Below are positions 1 through 12,229 of a stretch of 64,000 nucleotides of DNA, piece after piece (the first letter of the stretch is position 1; each line of letters starts with the position of its first letter). Made by a program: the position numbers and the translations under genes. The DNA lies in the NCBI RefSeq assembly GCF_963921235.1, contig NC_086108.1:64854001-64918000 (forward strand). The letters are read 5' to 3'. This stretch comes from Mobula hypostoma (lineage: Eukaryota). The notes under the pieces are model-generated. The model was not told the origin of the DNA. It made no database searches and was given only the letters and a program-made list of their open reading frames with translations.

Positions 1-410
1 CAACACAGAAAACTCACTATTTGTTACAAAATAAATAAATGGTGCAAAATAAATATATTGAGGTAGTGTTAATGGTTCCATGAACCATTCAGAAACCTGA
101 TGGCAGAGGGGAAGAAGTCGTTTGTAAAACGTTCAGTGTGGGTCCTCTCTATGAGTGGTATAAAGAAGTTGATGTGACCTAGATCAGGGGTTCCCAACTT
201 CTAGTATGCCGTGTACCAATACCAAAAGCAAGGGTTCTGGGGATCCCAGGCTGGGAACCCCTGCCCTAGCTGGCAAAGTTCTTTAATGATGATTGCTGCC
301 TTCTTGAGGCACTGCTTCTGCAAGATGTCCTTGATAGTAGGGAGGGTCATGCCTGTGTGGACCTGGCTGTCTACAACCCTCTACAGTCTCTTATGATCCA
401 ATGTATTGGT
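1..410 (-). mobile_element. Rex1/Babar-type LINE 3' fragment, decayed
   Basis: Reverse-strand similarity to the copy at 8959-9513 (gatggcagaggggaagaag, gaggtagtgtt, cttcttgaggcactgc). Confidence 0.7.
185..263. mobile_element. 79-bp hAT (Charlie-like) MITE
   Basis: TIRs CAGGGGTTCCCAAC...GCTGGGAACCCCTG; degenerate 8-bp TSD acctagat/ccctagct. Same family as 44291-44368. Confidence 0.8.
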
Positions 411-1914
411 GGGAGGCCTGAAAATGTTCTTTATTTCCTTTTACTGCCATTAATGCAACATTGTACCTCACTCCAAGAGACTATAGAAGTCTCTTATAAA
501 TCGTGATCTTTAGATGTTATGTTTCTCTATGTAACACCGTAGTGGGTTGGTATCGGATGCAGCGTATTTAATCTCTGGCAAGTTCTTGCAATTACTGGCA
601 TTTAGTCTAGCAACTGTAATCTTGGGAACCAGCCCTTGCAGGGACACGGGAATCATTTAGGCACATAACTGGCTTACCAAACAGTGGAATCACAAAAAGT
701 GAGGCTTCAGATTCCTTACCAGCACAGCAGCTGACTGTCACATTCCCACAAGTGGCATTTACTGTAAACGTCAATGTGAAGATGAGGCTCAACAAAGAAT
801 TCCGTTTTACTACTTACTGTGTTTCCTTCACTAAACCAGAATTTGCCTGTCGGACTCTGGCAGGTATCCGTTCGGTAACAGTAGTCACAAATGAACAGGG
901 CTAGTGGTGACTTCCTCAAGTTCCAAAAACAGGAATGAATTGGAAAAGGGGTGGTAGCAGTGAACTGTAAAATAGAGAGAATGCCAGTAAATGGAAATTA
1001 GGGAAAAGAACCTCTATATTTTGCAGTTTTAATACAATGAGATCTCGCTTGGGTCTGGTAGACATATAATCTGTTGCCTAGCCCTGCCTTGGGGAATGGG
1101 TTATACTATACAGCAGCAAGGAGAAGGTGGTTTCCCTTCAATGTTACCCTACCTTGAAGAGGAGGATATAACCTTTGGAGAAAAAGAACTTTTAATTTGT
1201 TCTGGTCTAGTGCATCTCCCAATAGAGTAGCCTTAAGGATTGCAGAATGTCATTTAAGATATCTGAGCAGAGGTAAACCACTGAGGATTGCAGTGTGATT
1301 GAATAAATTTGCAAATAAATAGCAATATAGAAAATGCTTGACTTGGGGGAAAAAGAAGTAGTTGCTAATTAGTAATAGCCTGCTGTACTTGAGCTGCAGA
1401 TTGCCTGGGTGTAGACAGCAATCTTAGGTAAATACAGTAATTTATTGATATTTAATACCAAGTTTATGTTGCAGAGTAGGTCATTCCTTTATGCTTCTTA
1501 TAGCATCTTAAAAGTTGAATATATAAGGGATATTTTATATCCTTAGGGTCTGGTTGGATTCAAAACAGAACCCATTGGTTCACCTACAAGTTAGCTAATT
1601 TATTTGATATACATAGGTATTATTTTTCTATACTTGCTCTAACATTTAAGTAGATTAAATACTCTACTTACACATTTGAGTGATTCAGAGAGGTACAAAA
1701 ATTATAACAAAGGGCAAAACGTGAATATTTTATCCATTTCTATGTTATGTATCTACTATAACAGCATTCCCCACCCCTCCCATTTTCTTATATTTTCTCA
1801 TGTTCTTCTATTGAAAATACTGACCTTGTTCCTTTCTACATGACATGACAATTTCTACATTGGCCACATCTGGTGAACACCTTCTTAGTGAAAAATCCTT
1901 GATGTCTTATTCAG

Positions 1915-2097
1915 TGATACAACACGAATCAGGCCCTTCAAGCCATGCCACCCTTGCAACCCCAGGAGCCCTGATTAACCCTAACCTAATCACAAGACAA
2001 TTTACAATGACCAGTTAACCTACCCAGTATGTCTTTGGACTTTGGGAGGAAACAGGAGCACCTGGGGAAAACCTACACATTCCACCCGGAGGACATA
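1915..2097 (-). mobile_element. Elasmobranch SINE fragment (HE1-like), truncated at the mariner MITE
   Basis: ttaacctac...gtctttggac..tgggaggaaac.ggagcacc.gg.gaaa signature of shark/ray HE1-type SINEs in reverse orientation. Confidence 0.6.
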
Positions 2098-2750
2098 CGA
2101 GGCGTGATTGATAAGTTTGTGACCTAAGGTAGAAGGAGTCAATTTTAGAAAACCTAGCACAATTATTTTTCAACATAGTTCCCTCCTACATTTACACAGT
2201 CCAGCAGTCGTGGAGCATACAGATCCCTTCTTTGTAGAGGTCGGTGTCTTGGACCTCCAGAAAGTGGTCCACAGCAGGGGTGATTGATAAGTTCGTGGCC
2301 TAAGGTAGAAGGAGATGAGTTATTAATTTAAAACTTTCTGCATTTTCACTCAAAGAGTTGAACTGCACGTGCATGTAACAAGAGCTGTATAACTCATATC
2401 CTACCTTAGGCCACAAACTTATCAATCACCCCTGCTGTGGACCACCTGGAGGTCCAAGACACTCTCGTTACATGCATGTGCAGTTCAACTCTGAGTGATT
2501 ATGCAGAAAGTTTGAAGTTAATAACTCATCTCCTTCTACCTCAGGCCACGAACTTATCCATCACCCCTGCTATGGACCACTTTCTGGAGGTCCAAGATGC
2601 TGACTTCTACAAAGAAGGAATCCGTATGCTCCACGACCGCTGGACCTAGTGTGTAAATGTAGGAGGGGACTATGTTGAAAAATAAATGTGCTAGGTTTTC
2701 TAAAATTGACTCCTTCTACCTTAGGCCACGAACTTATCAATCACCCCTCG
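2098..2750. mobile_element. Palindromic mariner-derived MITE
   Basis: TA on both sides; termini CGAGG(C/G)GTGATTGATAAGTT...AACTTATCAATCACCCCTCG. Arms of about 285 bp carry the mariner transposase C-terminus (FYKEGIRMLHDRWT*CVNVGGDYVEK*). Confidence 0.88.
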
Positions 2751-2752
2751 TA

Positions 2753-4282
2753 AGTCAAAGTCAGCATGGTGTCTGTGAAGGGAAATTTTGTCTGACACAT
2801 GTCAGAGTTCTTTGAGGAGCTAACAAGCAGGGTGGAGGAAGGAGAGGCAGTGGATTTCACTTACTTGGATTTTCGGAAGGCATTTGATAAGATGCCACAC
2901 ATGAGGCTGCTTAACAGGATAAAATCCTATGGCCTTACAGGAAAGATACTGGCATGGATGGAGGAATGGCTGACAACCAGGAGGCAGCGAGTGGGAATAA
3001 AGGGGCTTCTCTGGTTGCCTGCCAGTGATGAGTGGTGTTTCTCAGGGGGTCAGTATTGGGACCACTATTTTTCACATTGTTTGTCAATGATTTGGGTAAT
3101 GGAGTTGATGGCTTTGTGGCAAAGTTTGCGGATGATATGAAGATATGTGGAGGGATAGGTAGTGCTGAGGAAGCAATGCGATTGCAGGAGGACCTGGACA
3201 AATTGGAAAAATGGGCAAAAAAGTGGCAGATGGAATACAATGTTGGGCAACGTATGATGATGCATTTTGGTAAAAGGAACAATAGTGTGGACTAGGAATG
3301 GGGAGAAGGTTCAAGCATCAGATGTGCAGAGGGACTTCGTAATCCCCGTGGAAGACTCCCAGGAGGTTAATTTACCGGTTGAGTCTGTAGCAAAAAAAAA
3401 GGCAAGTGCAATGTTGGCATTTATTTCAGGAGGAATAGAATATAAAAGCAAGGAGATAATGCTGAGCCTTTATAAGACACCAGTCAGGCCGCACTTGGAG
3501 TATTGTCAACAGTTTTGGGCCCCCTATTAAGAAAGGATGTGTTGTCATTGGACGGACTCCAGAAGACATTCACAAGGATCATTCCAGGAATAAAGGGGTT
3601 AACATATGAGGAGTGTTTGGCAGCTTTGGACATGTTCTCACTGGAATTTAGAAGAATGCTAGGGATTCTCATTGAAACCTACCGAATGTTGAAAGGACTA
3701 GATAGGGTGGATGAGGAGAGGATGTTTCCCATGGTGGGGTATCTAGAACTAGAGTATACAGCCTTAAAATTGAGGGGCAACCTTTTAGAATGGAGGTAAA
3801 GAGGAATTTTTTTAGCTGGAGAGTGGTGAATCTATGGAATGCTCTACCACAGGCTGTGGTGGAGGCCAAGAAGAAGAAGAAGAAGAAGAAGAAGAAAGCC
3901 CTTAACTCTGAGTGGAGTCATCGGGACACCGTCATGGCAGTGTTTTTTTAGCAGGCTTTCTCGTTCTTGCGAGGCCAAGTTGCTAGCTTGATGCTCAACC
4001 CAGCACGGATGGAAAGCGTGCATGGGAGCTGACTGGATTCGAACTCGGGAGCCTTCACTCTGAATTCCGGTGTTGATGCCACTACACCACCAGCCGGCTA
4101 TGGAGGCCAAGTCTGTGGTTATCTTTAAGGCAGAAGTTGATACTTTCCCGATCAGTCAGGGCATCAAAGAATATGGCGAGCAGGTAGGTGTATGGGATTG
4201 AGTGGGATCGGAGACGGCCATGATGGAATGGCGGAGTAGACTCGATGGACTGAATGGCTTAATTCTGAACCTATGTCATATG
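2753..4282 (+). mobile_element. CR1 LINE, 5'-truncated ORF2 (RT) pseudogene plus 3' UTR
   Basis: YLDFRKAFDKMPH, GSVLGP, KFADD and RPHLEYC motifs split across frames; CR1-type 3' end. Confidence 0.9.
3871..4100 (-). mobile_element. tRNA-derived SINE with (CTT)n tail, inserted into CR1
   Basis: 11-bp TSD tggaggccaag (3860-3870 and 4101-4111). Minus-strand A box TGGTGTAGTGG and B box GAGTTCGAATCC; (GAA)n run on the + strand. Confidence 0.85.
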
Positions 4283-7200
4283 GACATCCAGAGACACCGT
4301 ACAGATGGCACCAGACATCCTGAGCTGTAATAGTGTCATGGAACCACATTATTACCTTGCCTTCCTTCAGTTTTATCATGATAATTCTGAGTTCATACTT
4401 CAAGCTAACATTACTCAGTTTGACTTGCTGTCCATTAATTTTCTTTATGCTCCCACTCCCCAAAGAAACTGTCTTGTCTCCAATTTGTACCTTTCCAGCA
4501 AAGGCAATAATTAATTAAGTGCAAGAGCAAGCTTGATGTTTTATTCCTTTGTCACCATATGCGTTTGGTTCCTGGCTCCCGATAAATTTGTTTGATTAAA
4601 TTAACTTTTCATACAACAATTTATTGATCCTTTCCTCATTAGTGTGGGATCATGGTGGTAACGATAGGCAAGTGTAAGTATATTGCTTTGCAGATTATAC
4701 ATATTGAATTTTCCAGATAACACAGGTGTTCTCAGCTGGGATTTATTTCCCAACAAATATCGTAATACACTGAAGTATTTATGGCAGAGAAGCACAAAAG
4801 ATTGTGCCTATATGCTATACATTACTCAGACAGAATATTTATTATGACAAGAAAACATCTGGTTTGCATCAGTTCTCAGCTGTGAGTAGTCTGTACAGCA
4901 TTTGGAACCAGGTTTTCTTCTTTCTCGTAAAAATTAGAGAAAGAAGTTAACAAATGGGATTTTAGATGCTCAAATTCCCTTTGTAAATAGGTCTGAGTGA
5001 TTCAGATTTGCCAATGTGCCAACTAGCATATTTGATGGTGAGTTCAAATATGTTCTAAGCAATATTTGTTCAATGCTAGTTTTTTTTAAATGTTTTTCTC
5101 TTCTTATTTTAAACTTAATACAGTCTCCTCATCTGCTATGAATTTGGATGTTTCGTGACTTCCACGGCAACTTATTGTTTTTTTTTGTTCATTTAATAAC
5201 ATCATGAAATGCATCTGACTGCTAGCAAACCATAATGCCACATTTTTTCATTTTAATTTTTTTACGAGTGATATGACAGCTTTTTGGATTTTGCTCTGAA
5301 GTAAAAATTGAAGAGGCAATCAAGTTACTGAGTTTCAATGTTCATATATAATTGGAGAATATAATCTGATGTCTTTTAAGTGTTCCATGGTCAGTTAATA
5401 TAACAATGTGCATATTCATAACGTCATTTTGTTTTAGTGACATATTTATAAAAAATTATTATTAAAAATACAGAAAATTATTAAAATCAAATTTTAAAAA
5501 ACTTGAAACTCCTCAACAAATCTCTGGAGCCAAAGTAAGAACAAAAATAGCAGTGATTTATGGATAATCGTTTATTTTAATGCGAAAGCACATTTTAGTC
5601 TCTGCAACAGTCTTGGATAGTAGTCAACTGGAATTTGGGTAGATGAGCATGTCTACCGTAAGTGCCACCATTAATGGTCATCTCACCAGGGGTGTGGGGC
5701 CAAGGGATATCAACAGCATTGATAAAGACTGGAGTGAGTCCAAAGTCCTTCAGTTAGTGCCTGCATCTGGAGAGTAGAATTGTTGATAACCTGAAACTCA
5801 ACTTTTGAGTTGGCAGCAGTTGGTTATTTCAAGATGAGCTGTCTTCCTTCCCACTCAGGCTGATATATCAGTGCAGATAATTGAGCTAAAGAGGGCAATC
5901 ATCATTCAAAGCACATTCCTACAACAAAACAATCAGTATAAACAATTGGCTTGCCCATGGGTTATTCTGGGCCACTACAAAAGGAACCCAGACAGTCCTG
6001 CTGGTTTATTCAGCCAGTTTACTGAATTGAATTGTGCCTCCCATGACTAGCAGCACTATATAATCCTTCACTGTAATTGGGTTTTCCAAGGAGGTTGATG
6101 ATATTTTAATCCATATCAACCCACTGTAAAATCAGCTGTTCATTCCAATGGAAGAGAGAAAAAACAAGCTTGACTAGCTAGTTAATTATCTCTTGCTTAT
6201 AAAAATTTAAAACTGTGAGCCCAGTAATGGCTTAGCCATTTATTTGAAAACTGATAATCTGCTAAAACTATTAAGTATATATTTTTACCTGCAGTCTATA
6301 GATGTTCTGATTGTGACAGGGAGAGGTTGATATAATTTTTCACTCAAAGTTCTTAAGCCTTATGGATCTATTTGAGCAATTCATGGTGCCATGACTCAAG
6401 TTACATGCAGTGATATGTTAATCTGAAATAAAAATAAGATCATACTATGTCATTGACCATTAATTCTGCTTACCTTGGATCACTTTACCATTATTGATAT
6501 TTGCTGCAAATTTGGATTTTTTTTGTTTGTTTTTAGGCATCCATTTGGGCAGAAAACACTAGAAGTTCAACCATAGCCATAAAACAGTTTTAGAGCAAGC
6601 ATTCTCTTTATCTCAAGAGTGATAGAGAGAAGCAAGAAAACAATCATCTTAGAACTGAGGGGAATATGAATTATGTTTGCCAGGTTTCTTTCGGAAGAGC
6701 ACTTCTATTTCCTGGTATTCCATGGAAATAACATCAGAGAGGTATTTTTTTTCCCAATTACTGTAAGTGTTTGCCTGTAATATTTTTTCAATTACAGTAA
6801 GTGTCTCCTCTCCTCCCTGTTCAACATCATGCAAGAAAATGGAAAATTTTTCTAGCACTCAATCCATAGGAAGTTGAATTTGTTATTGTTGACCCTGGGA
6901 CTATTGCTGTAGCTAAACAAGAATTGAAAGAGCTAGTAACAATAGAAGTTAGTGCTAAACAAAAACAAAGCTTAAATTAATAGCAACTTATTTATGAATA
7001 AGTCTGTAATAATGCTGCACATAACCAGAAGATGAAAGAACCAAATTCCTCAGTTCCATTATTACCTTATTTGCATATGTTGTTGCAATGACAATGACTT
7101 CAATATCAACTGCAACCAAACTAATAACAGTTTCAAAGAAGAAGAGCATTAGTATTGGCAATATCATCAGACAATAGCAAACTCTTGATGTTTCTATTGC

Positions 7201-8522
7201 CAAGCATTGCCATGAAAAACTATGCACATTGTATACTGTACGGCATCTAAAGTGGGTCTCCAAAAATCAGAGCTGCCATGGACACGGTAGATAACTTTGA
7301 GGTAACCTACAGCATAGAACGTTGACAATTGACTAACATTAACATGTTGACAGTATCCTTTGACATCAGTGTTGTTCACAAATTTGAGGTGGTTATTCAT
7401 CATCCAGTAATAAAATTCAGGGTTCCAGAAGTTAATTCATATTGTTTCATTTTCACTTTAAAACACACCATGGATCACACAAACACTTTTTTATCAAAGT
7501 TACTTAAGGAGGGAGAACTTCAACTTTGAGGTTCAGGGAAAAAAATGGTTGTATTTCTTTGTGGTGCTGTGGTGAGGCTGCTGTTCCTCTCGGAGCAATA
7601 CATTACAAGTTCTCATAGGTCTCAGCATGCAGCACAGCAGCAATGTATTTCACATCCAGCTCTTAAAGGGCCATGCCACAATATAAGTAGCACTGTTCCA
7701 GCTGCAGGTGAGTGGTCCTTCTGAATGAATGGATGCTGTAATGATTGGTGGAGTTGGATGTATATCCCTGAGGGGCAGGGAGGGATCAGAGGGACCTGGA
7801 CATCTGGTGAAGAGCAATGGCAAAAGAGATACTTTTTGTGCAATGGAGCTAAAGATACACTCCAGGCTACATCCAGTAACACTTGGCAGTAAGTTGCCTG
7901 ACAAAAGTGCAGTCCGCCAATGGCTTTGTTGTAGTCTGCGGTGCTGCCAAATGGCAATGCCAAATATAACATCCTGTGGATAATAGATGAATTCTTCTCT
8001 CTTTGATTATGAGGTTTGGGTAACTGTGAGGTGTGGTAGAGATCAGCAACATCAGCCAGGAATGATCCTGACACTTGGATGCCGTGTGTGATTAAGGCCA
8101 TGATTTCCAGGCACTCGTGGAAGGTTGTGATTTTCGCTGGAGGTCACAAATCTCAGTGAAGACAGTTTGAGTGGTGGCCCCTCTAAATAGCATAAGGAAA
8201 CAGGTTAGTGATATCTGGTTGTTCCATGAGTAAAGAACTAACACTGTCAGACCAATGAGGTGGAAAACCTCACTGCAGGAAAAATAATAGGGGAGGTGAT
8301 GACATTTGGGAGTCTTTGTTGGAAAAATTTTATAAGAAGGAATTGAATTCCAGTTGAAGATGAGGGGATGAATTTCCCAATATTCGGTAAAAGACCTCGA
8401 AATCTGTACCAACTTTGCTCTACTCCATCTTAAGGTCATATTTAGACTACTAAGTGCAGTTCTGGTTGCAACTGAATAGGAAAGATGTAGAGGCTTTAGA
8501 GAGGGTACAGAAAAAGTTCACC

Positions 8523-8661
8523 TCCCTTCCTCCTACATTTTAAATCTACTCCTCAGTGTTTTTTCTCCAGTCCTGCTGAAGGGTTTTGGCCCGAAATGTC
8601 ATCTGTACTCTTTTCCATAGATGCTACCTGACCTGTTGAGTTCCTCCAGCATTTTGTGTGT
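8523..8661 (+). mobile_element. Penelope-like terminal repeat with degenerate minimal hammerhead core
   Basis: CAGTC-CTGCTGA-AGGGTTTTGGCCC-GAAA-TGTC, flanked by duplicated GTTCACC (8516-8522 and 8662-8668). Confidence 0.75.
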
Positions 8662-8958
8662 GTTCACCAGAATTTTGTCCAGATTGGAGTATGTTAGTTA
8701 TGAACAGAGGATGGACAAACTTGGATTGTTTCCTCTGGAGCTCAGAGGCTGAGGGGTGATCTAATAAAAATACATAAAATGACGTGAGGCATAGCTCGTG
8801 GAGGTAGTGAAGGTCTTTTTCCCAGTGCTGAAATGTTAAATAAGCAAGGGTTTAAGGTGAGAGTGTAAAGGTTTAAATGAGACCTACAAGACTAGTTTTT
8901 ATATACAAAAAGTAGTAGGTTCCTGGAATCCATTGCCAGGGTAAGAATCAAATACCAT

Positions 8959-9513
8959 AGTGTCAAGAACACTTGTAAACTTCTACAGATCTACTGTGGA
9001 GAGCATTATGACTGGATGCATCAGCATCTGGTATGGGGAGGGGGCTACTGCACAGGATCGAATTAAGCTGCAGGGAGTTGTAAAATTAGTCAGCTGCATC
9101 ATAGATACCAGTCTCCATGATATCCAAGACATCTTCAAGGAGCAGTGCCTCAGAAAGGCAGCACCCATCATTAAGGACCGCCATTACTCAGGATATATCC
9201 TCTTCTCATTGTTTCCATCAGGAAGGAGGTACAGAAGCCTGAAGGCATGCACTCAGTATTTCAGGAACAGCTTCTTCCCCTCTGCCACACTGTGCCTAAA
9301 CGGACATTGAGCCCATGAACACTACCTCACTACTTTTTTAAAATTTCAGTTTTTGCACTATTTATTTTAACGTAACTATTTAATATACATATATATACTT
9401 GCTGTCATTCCATATTTTTTCTATATTTATCATATATTGCTTTGTACTACTGCCGCAAAATTAACAAATTTCACAACATATGCCAGTGATATTAAACCTG
9501 ATTCTGATTCTGA
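8959..9513 (+). mobile_element. Rex1/Babar LINE 3' end
   Basis: NFYRSTVESIMTGCISIWYG...SGRRYRSLK...FRNSFFPSA C-terminal ORF; (GATTCT)n tail. Confidence 0.88.
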
Positions 9514-10789
9514 TTTAGGAGGCATTTGGAGAAACACATGAACAAGCAGGGAATGGAGGGACACATGCATGTGCAGAAGGTTGGGTTGTATTTAATTTGG
9601 CATCATTTTTGGTGCAGACCTGGTGGTCCAGGCGGCCAGTTGTTGTTCTGCAATCTTCTTACATGTTTCTATGTTTTTTCTGAACTATGTGTTGATCCAG
9701 TTAAATTACAGGTAAGTAGGATGCTCTTGTACCAGATTTTCTAGTACATCTTTCTTAACAAGCATGGTTTTTTAACTCCAGTTGAATTATAGCTGACATC
9801 TCAGAAGGCTTCAACCTTGAATTCCTCTCAGTAAGGTAAATCTTTATATTGTTAATTCACAGTGAGAACCTATGAATCAACCTAGCATCTCTGTTATCTT
9901 GTCTTACTTGCCAATGATACTAGGTCAGCAATGACTGTTGATTTACATTCACATTTGAAATCAAGAGCATAGCTAAACAGCAACCTTTTCATTTTATATG
10001 AGACAAAAATTATACATTGTATTTACCAACAAAATAAAGATTGAACAGTTCTCCATCATACCAGGATAGGAATAGTGAAGAAAACATAAAGTTCATCATT
10101 TTTACTTCACATCCTCTTTATTAGCCAGGGTGCTGAAGGTTTTGCTCGGTCTTGCTGCCAGGCAGATACTTGCATTAACATATGCTTTCTCCCAAGTGGT
10201 TTCCCTCATTTTTGTACCAAATTCCATTGCTTTAAATTGTGCATATGAGTTCACCACAAGCAAAATAATTCTTAACTATTCCTGTTTTGATCTAAGTGGC
10301 TTCAACACTGTGTTTCTGCTAATGTCTGAATGACATCAGCCAGATTTTACTGATCCAGGTCACTTACCAGATCACTGCTTGTGGACACTCCATGCCTTTA
10401 TTCACCAAATCCAGATAATACAGCAGTGTACTCTGCCTAGAAACTGAGCCTGTGGTGGGGCTGTGAAGAGGAAATTGCCCATAACCCTGCTCCACCTTTG
10501 CAAGCTGTGATGATTTTCTACAATAGAGACATTTTAAAACTCTTGAGATGGAAAAATCTAACTTAAAAATACATAAAGCTCATAAATAATGAAAAGCATT
10601 AACCTGAATGGAAGTACTTTAAAGAAACTTCCTCTTTGCTTCCTGATCTAAGCTTTTGATAGGCCAAATGGTTCAATTCTGCTCCTGTGTCTTATGGTCT
10701 TTACAAATTCCATCTAAATTAATTTGTCTTCCATCCTGACAGAGAATATGAGAGATTATCTTTGGCATGATGCTAGAAAATCTCAAACA

Positions 10790-11105
10790 AGAAAGTTATA
10801 AAATTAGTCAGCTTCATCATGGGTACTAGCCCCTGTAGTATCCAAGCCATCTTCAAGGAGTGACGCCTCAGAAAGGCGGCGTCCATCGTTAATGACACCC
10901 ACCACCCAGGACATGCCCTCTTCTTATTGTAATCATCTGGAAAGAGATACAGAAGCCTGAAGGCACAGACTTAGCAATTCATGAACAGCTTCTTCTATGC
11001 CATCTGATTCCTAAATGGACCTCAAAACCATGAACACAACTTTACTTTTTTATTCTTTCTGTTTTTGCACGACTTACTTTAATTCTGATTCCAATTCTGA
11101 TTCTG
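10790..11105 (+). mobile_element. Rex1/Babar LINE 3' fragment
   Basis: Similar to 9080-9510; ends in attctgattctg. Confidence 0.8.
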
Positions 11106-11552
11106 ACAAGAGAAAGATCCAGTGCTGAATTCCATGTGAAGTCCAACCATGGATTTGTCCTTATGAATCTGTCAGCAGATTCAGGACTTCTACATGTCAT
11201 CCTGGATATACTGTATACTTGGGTTTAAGTGGCAAAATATTAGCAGTTTTTGTAACCATTAGTACAAGCCAACAAAATCTGGTCCCATTTTGTGTTCTGG
11301 GTAGTTTAGGATTCATAACTCAGTAAGGAAAAAAAAACTTTAGATTATCTCCTAAAATAAGGACAAAGATAGAGTATGAGAAGAGGTTAGTAACAAGCAT
11401 AAGAGTGAATTGCTGAGTGAACCCTCCTTCTTCAGAAAAGAGAACATGTAAACTCAACAACAATAGACATCCAGTTTAACCTGAATGGAGAACAAACTTT
11501 TAGAAATAGTAATAAAGTATAGAATTAGAGATCACTTGGACAAATTACGATT

Positions 11553-12225
11553 GAATCAGAATCAGCTTTAATATCACCGGCATATGTTGTGAAATTTATT
11601 GACTTTGTGGCAGCAGTACAATGCAACACATGATAAATATAGAAAAAACTGAATTACAAGACAGTAATTATATATGTACTGATATTAAATAGTTACGTTA
11701 AAATAAATAGTGCAAAAACAGAAATTAAAAAAGTAGTGAGGTAGTGTTCATGGGTTCAATGTCCATTTAGAAATTGGATGGCAGAGAAGAAGACAATCGC
11801 TGAGTGTGTGCCTTCACGCTTCTGTACCTCCTTCCTGACAGTAACAATGAGAAGAGGATATGTCCTGGGTTGTGGGGGTCGTTAATAATAGACTCTGCCG
11901 TCATGAGGCACCACTCCTTGAAGACATCTTGGATACTATGGAGGCCGGTACCCGTGCAGTACCCCACTCCCCACCCGTACCAGACTATGATGCAGCCAAT
12001 CAGAATGCTCTCCACTGTACACCTGTAGAAGTTTTCGAGTGTTTTAGGTGACAAACCAAATCTCCTCAGACTCCGAATGAAATATAGCCATTGTCTTGCC
12101 TTCTTTGTAGCAACCAGGTTTGGTCCTCAGGGATATTGACACCCAGGGACTTGAAATTGCTTACTGTCTCCACTTCTGATTCCTCAGTGAGGATTGGTTT
12201 GTTTTCCCCTGTCTTACCCTTTCTA
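11553..12225 (-). mobile_element. Rex1/Babar LINE 3' end
   Basis: ORF MSPKTLENFYRCTVESILIGCIIVWYG...SGRRYRSVK; gaatcagaatcag tail on the + strand. Confidence 0.88.
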
Positions 12226-12229
12226 AGTC

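Larger units (their letters stand above)
8435..9670 (+). mobile_element. CR1 3' fragment interrupted by Penelope-repeat and Rex1 insertions
   Basis: ggaaagatgtagaggctttagagagggtacag...ggctgaggggtgatctaata CR1 sequence continues across both insertions. Confidence 0.7.

Noticed and set aside
681..700. acagtg...acaaaaagt resembling a V(D)J recombination signal
   Set aside because: The spacer is 5 bp rather than 12 or 23, the heptamer lacks CAC, and no V or J segments are nearby.
720..761. Second minus-strand mini-exon (VNATCGNVTVSCCA)
   Set aside because: The implied intron to the 818-964 unit is only 56 nt, and there is no recognisable homology.
2098..2750. Recurring ~38-bp units resembling a CRISPR array
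   Set aside because: The units are in both orientations, are mariner TIR copies, and the context is a vertebrate intron.
7622..8439. Several 60-160-aa ORFs
   Set aside because: No recognisable domain or splice structure; probably an ancient repeat I cannot classify.
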